Below are positions 45,003 through 47,075 of a DNA stretch of 47,075 nt, piece after piece; the stretch's first letter is position 1, and the number at the start of each line of letters is the position of its first letter. The position numbers and the translations under genes are program-made. Source of the DNA: Leptospiraceae bacterium (GTDB taxonomy: Bacteria > Spirochaetota > Leptospiria > Leptospirales > Leptonemataceae); assembly GCA_020440915.1 (NCBI GenBank), contig JAGRNE010000001.1:1-47075 (forward strand). The letters run 5' to 3'. The notes beneath the pieces were generated by a model, which searched no databases, was not told the origin of the DNA, and saw only the letters and a program-made list of their open reading frames with translations.

Positions 45003-46088
45003 TCACCGGCCGGGCAGCGCTTCCGGAGGCCTTCCCATCTGCCTGAGGAAGCGCACATGCGCCAGAAATGCAGCTCCAATGGAGGGGAAGGACTGGTAGT
45101 CGATGGAGAACTCCCGGCAAGTGGATCGCACAATTCTGCTGAGCGCAGGATAGTGCACGTGGCAAATTCGGCTAAATAGGTGATGCTCGATTTGATAGTT
45201 CAGGCCTCCGAGATACCATGCGGCCAGGGGCCGGTTGGGGGCGAAGTCGGCGGTGGTAATCACCTGATGTGTGGCCCAGTCATCGGGTAGCATCCCGGAT
45301 TCCGGCTTGGCCTGCGGAAAGGATCGGGAGGAATTTGTATGCGCCATTTGAAATACTATGGCCAGAGAAAGGCCAGTAACAAGATGTATTGCCAGAAAAA
45401 CCAGCAATACATGTAAGACCGGATGGAAAAACAGCGGCAGCGCCAGTGCATAGGCAACATAGAAAAGCTTCGTAGAGAAGAAAAAGAGCCGCTGTAGAGC
45501 GCCGATGTTCGGCATGCGATGGGCGCCCACGCGCCCTGTAATCAATTTCTGAAAGTCATAGAATGCCAGCCAGGAGATGGTTAGCAGACTGTACAGAGGA
45601 AAGGCATACCATAGCTGGAACCTGTGCCAGGGCTTCCATTCCTGTCGCGGACTGAGCCGCAGCAGCCCGCCTGTGAGCAAGTCGTCGTCCAGATCATGAA
45701 CGTTCGTGTAGGTATGATGCAGTACATTGTGCTTCTGTTTCCAGAGCATGCTGCTGCCACCGATAAGATCCAGAGACCACCCCATGATCCTGTTCACTGT
45801 CTTATTTCTGCTGTAGCTTCCGTGGTTCGCATCATGCATGATGTTGAAACCTACGAGAACAAAACCCTGGGCTAGCGCGAAAGCTGTGATTATGGCCATC
45901 AGGAAAGATGCAGAAAAGAAAACCAGCAGCACGTATGCAGTGACAAGCCAGGCCAGTATGATGGCTGTCTTAATGTACATTGAAGCGTTGCCCGTCTTTT
46001 GTTTGCGGCTTTCTCGAAAGTAGTCGTCCACCCGGGCCTTCAGCGTTTGGTAGAATGAGTTGCTTTGCGGAAATGAAATCCGGTCCAT
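45003..46088 (-). CDS. Membrane fatty-acid desaturase (three His-box type)
   Basis: His boxes HDANHGS, HNVLHHTYTN and QIEHHLF, with TM segments. GAGGA lies upstream of ATG 46088. Confidence 0.88.
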   Translation of the reverse strand: MDRISFPQSNSFYQTLKARVDDYFRESRKQKTGNASMYIKTAIILAWLVTAYVLLVFFSASFLMAIITAFALAQGFVLVGFNIMHDANHGSYSRNKTVNRIMGWSLDLIGGSSMLWKQKHNVLHHTYTNVHDLDDDLLTGGLLRLSPRQEWKPWHRFQLWYAFPLYSLLTISWLAFYDFQKLITGRVGAHRMPNIGALQRLFFFSTKLFYVAYALALPLFFHPVLHVLLVFLAIHLVTGLSLAIVFQMAHTNSSRSFPQAKPESGMLPDDWATHQVITTADFAPNRPLAAWYLGGLNYQIEHHLFSRICHVHYPALSRIVRSTCREFSIDYQSFPSIGAAFLAHVRFLRQMGRPPEALPGR

Positions 46089-46247
46089 AGCTATCCTCGC
46101 TATCAGAATCGTATCGCCGGAAACCATCAAACCGTCCCTAAGGCGGGTTAGAAGCTGCCCGATCTGCGGTCAGGGTATGAAGATCTTGCCATAGGACAAG
46201 GAAGATTAAACAGTGCATCGGGATTCTGCCGCGCCCGGCATCCAGAA

Positions 46248-47075
46248 TCAGGCTTTCGAAACCAGCAAGTCTCTTGCCAGTCTTGCAATCATCCACTCTT
46301 CATCGGTGGGGATGGCATAGACAGCGATGGGGCTGTGCTCTTTTGTGAGCAGGTTGCCTTCCCCGGATTCAACCTTCCTCTCGTTGGTTTCGGAATCAAA
46401 GTATATGCGATCCTCGAACAGGCCTTTCATGATTCTTGCGCGGATAACGGAAGAGTTCTCTCCAATACCTGCGGTAAAGATGATGGCATCCACCTGGCCG
46501 GGCAGAGCAGCAAAATAGGCCCCAATGTACTTTCGCACGCGATAGCAGAATGTGTCGATGGCCAGGGCCGCATCCTGTTCTCCTTTGCTTTCTCTTTCCA
46601 GTAGATCCCGCATATCGGAAGCTCCGCCCAGACCCAGTAGTCCGGACTGACGATTCAGTAACGTATCCACCTCCTGGAAGATAAGCTTCTCTTTTTCCTG
46701 AAGATAGGCTACGATAGCCGGATCCAGATCGCCGCATCGAGTACCCATTACCAGGCCTTCCAGAGGAGTAAAGCCCATGCTGGTATCGACGCTGATGCCG
46801 CCGGCGATGGCGCATGCGCTGGCTCCATTACCCAGATGCAGCGAAATAAGGTTCAGATCGCTCAAGGATCGATTCAGGTTTCGCGCCGCAATTTCCGCTA
46901 CGTAGCCGTGGGAGGTGCCATGGAAACCATATCGCTGGATTCCATGTTTTCTCGCAAGCTCCCGGGGAATGGCATAGGTTCGGGCTGTGGCCGGCATGCG
47001 AGCATGGAAAGCGGTATCGAAAACCGCTACCTGGGGACAGCTAAACAGTTCCCGGCATACGCGAATACCGTTTAG
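46248..47075 (-). CDS. ackA: Acetate kinase, C-terminal about 275 aa (5' end outside window)
   Basis: The frame stays open to the window edge (…PQVAVFDTAFHARMP…). RYGFHGTSH, TSMGFTPLEGLVMGTRCGDLDP, and IPTDEEWMIA near the C-terminus. Confidence 0.93.
   Translation of the reverse strand, partial: LNGIRVCRELFSCPQVAVFDTAFHARMPATARTYAIPRELARKHGIQRYGFHGTSHGYVAEIAARNLNRSLSDLNLISLHLGNGASACAIAGGISVDTSMGFTPLEGLVMGTRCGDLDPAIVAYLQEKEKLIFQEVDTLLNRQSGLLGLGGASDMRDLLERESKGEQDAALAIDTFCYRVRKYIGAYFAALPGQVDAIIFTAGIGENSSVIRARIMKGLFEDRIYFDSETNERKVESGEGNLLTKEHSPIAVYAIPTDEEWMIARLARDLLVSKA

Noticed and set aside
1-47075. CRISPR arrays, rRNA/tRNA genes, IS elements and prophage genes.
   Set aside because: I found no regularly spaced short direct repeats. 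The only repeats are the three structured copies reported above. No transposase, integrase or Cas-like ORFs and no rRNA- or tRNA-like sequence turned up in the intergenic regions I inspected.

Overview
About 47 kb of bacterial chromosome with moderately high GC, judged by eye and from the many long antisense shadow ORFs. I call about 42 protein-coding genes. I recognise no rRNA, tRNA, CRISPR array, transposase or integrase. Housekeeping genes sit at the edges and are scattered through the window: metH (5' truncated), dtd, queA, radC, alr, rph, folE, maf and ackA (5' truncated). Between them lie accessory and envelope loci. (1) A tightly packed 9-kb, five-gene minus-strand operon at 5268-14270 encodes circularly permuted ATP-grasp, alpha-E and transglutaminase proteins. 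As far as I know its product and target are unknown, and it is my best candidate for an undescribed system. (2) A seven-gene minus-strand locus at 22333-27763 is built around a TonB-dependent receptor. It carries four small lipoproteins or secreted proteins (two paralogous, two Cys-rich) and ends in a split DsbD-alpha/DsbD-gamma pair with no membrane beta domain. (3) Several envelope glycan and membrane genes are present: GT87-like, DUF1574-like, GT2, PagL-like, and a polytopic membrane protein overlapping a STAS-like/zinc-ribbon gene. (4) A polyferredoxin membrane protein is paired with an FAD oxidoreductase. The ORF track misses two things. One is a 44-codon highly basic ORF with a consensus Shine-Dalgarno site whose stop overlaps the start of the esterase gene. 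The other is a family of structured about 40-56-nt repeats, with two copies upstream of alr and one inverted copy 15 kb away that is 37/40 identical. The DUF1574-like protein and the loose lipoboxes suggest a Leptospirales-type organism, but that is only a guess. All family assignments come from motifs read by eye, and no database search was run.
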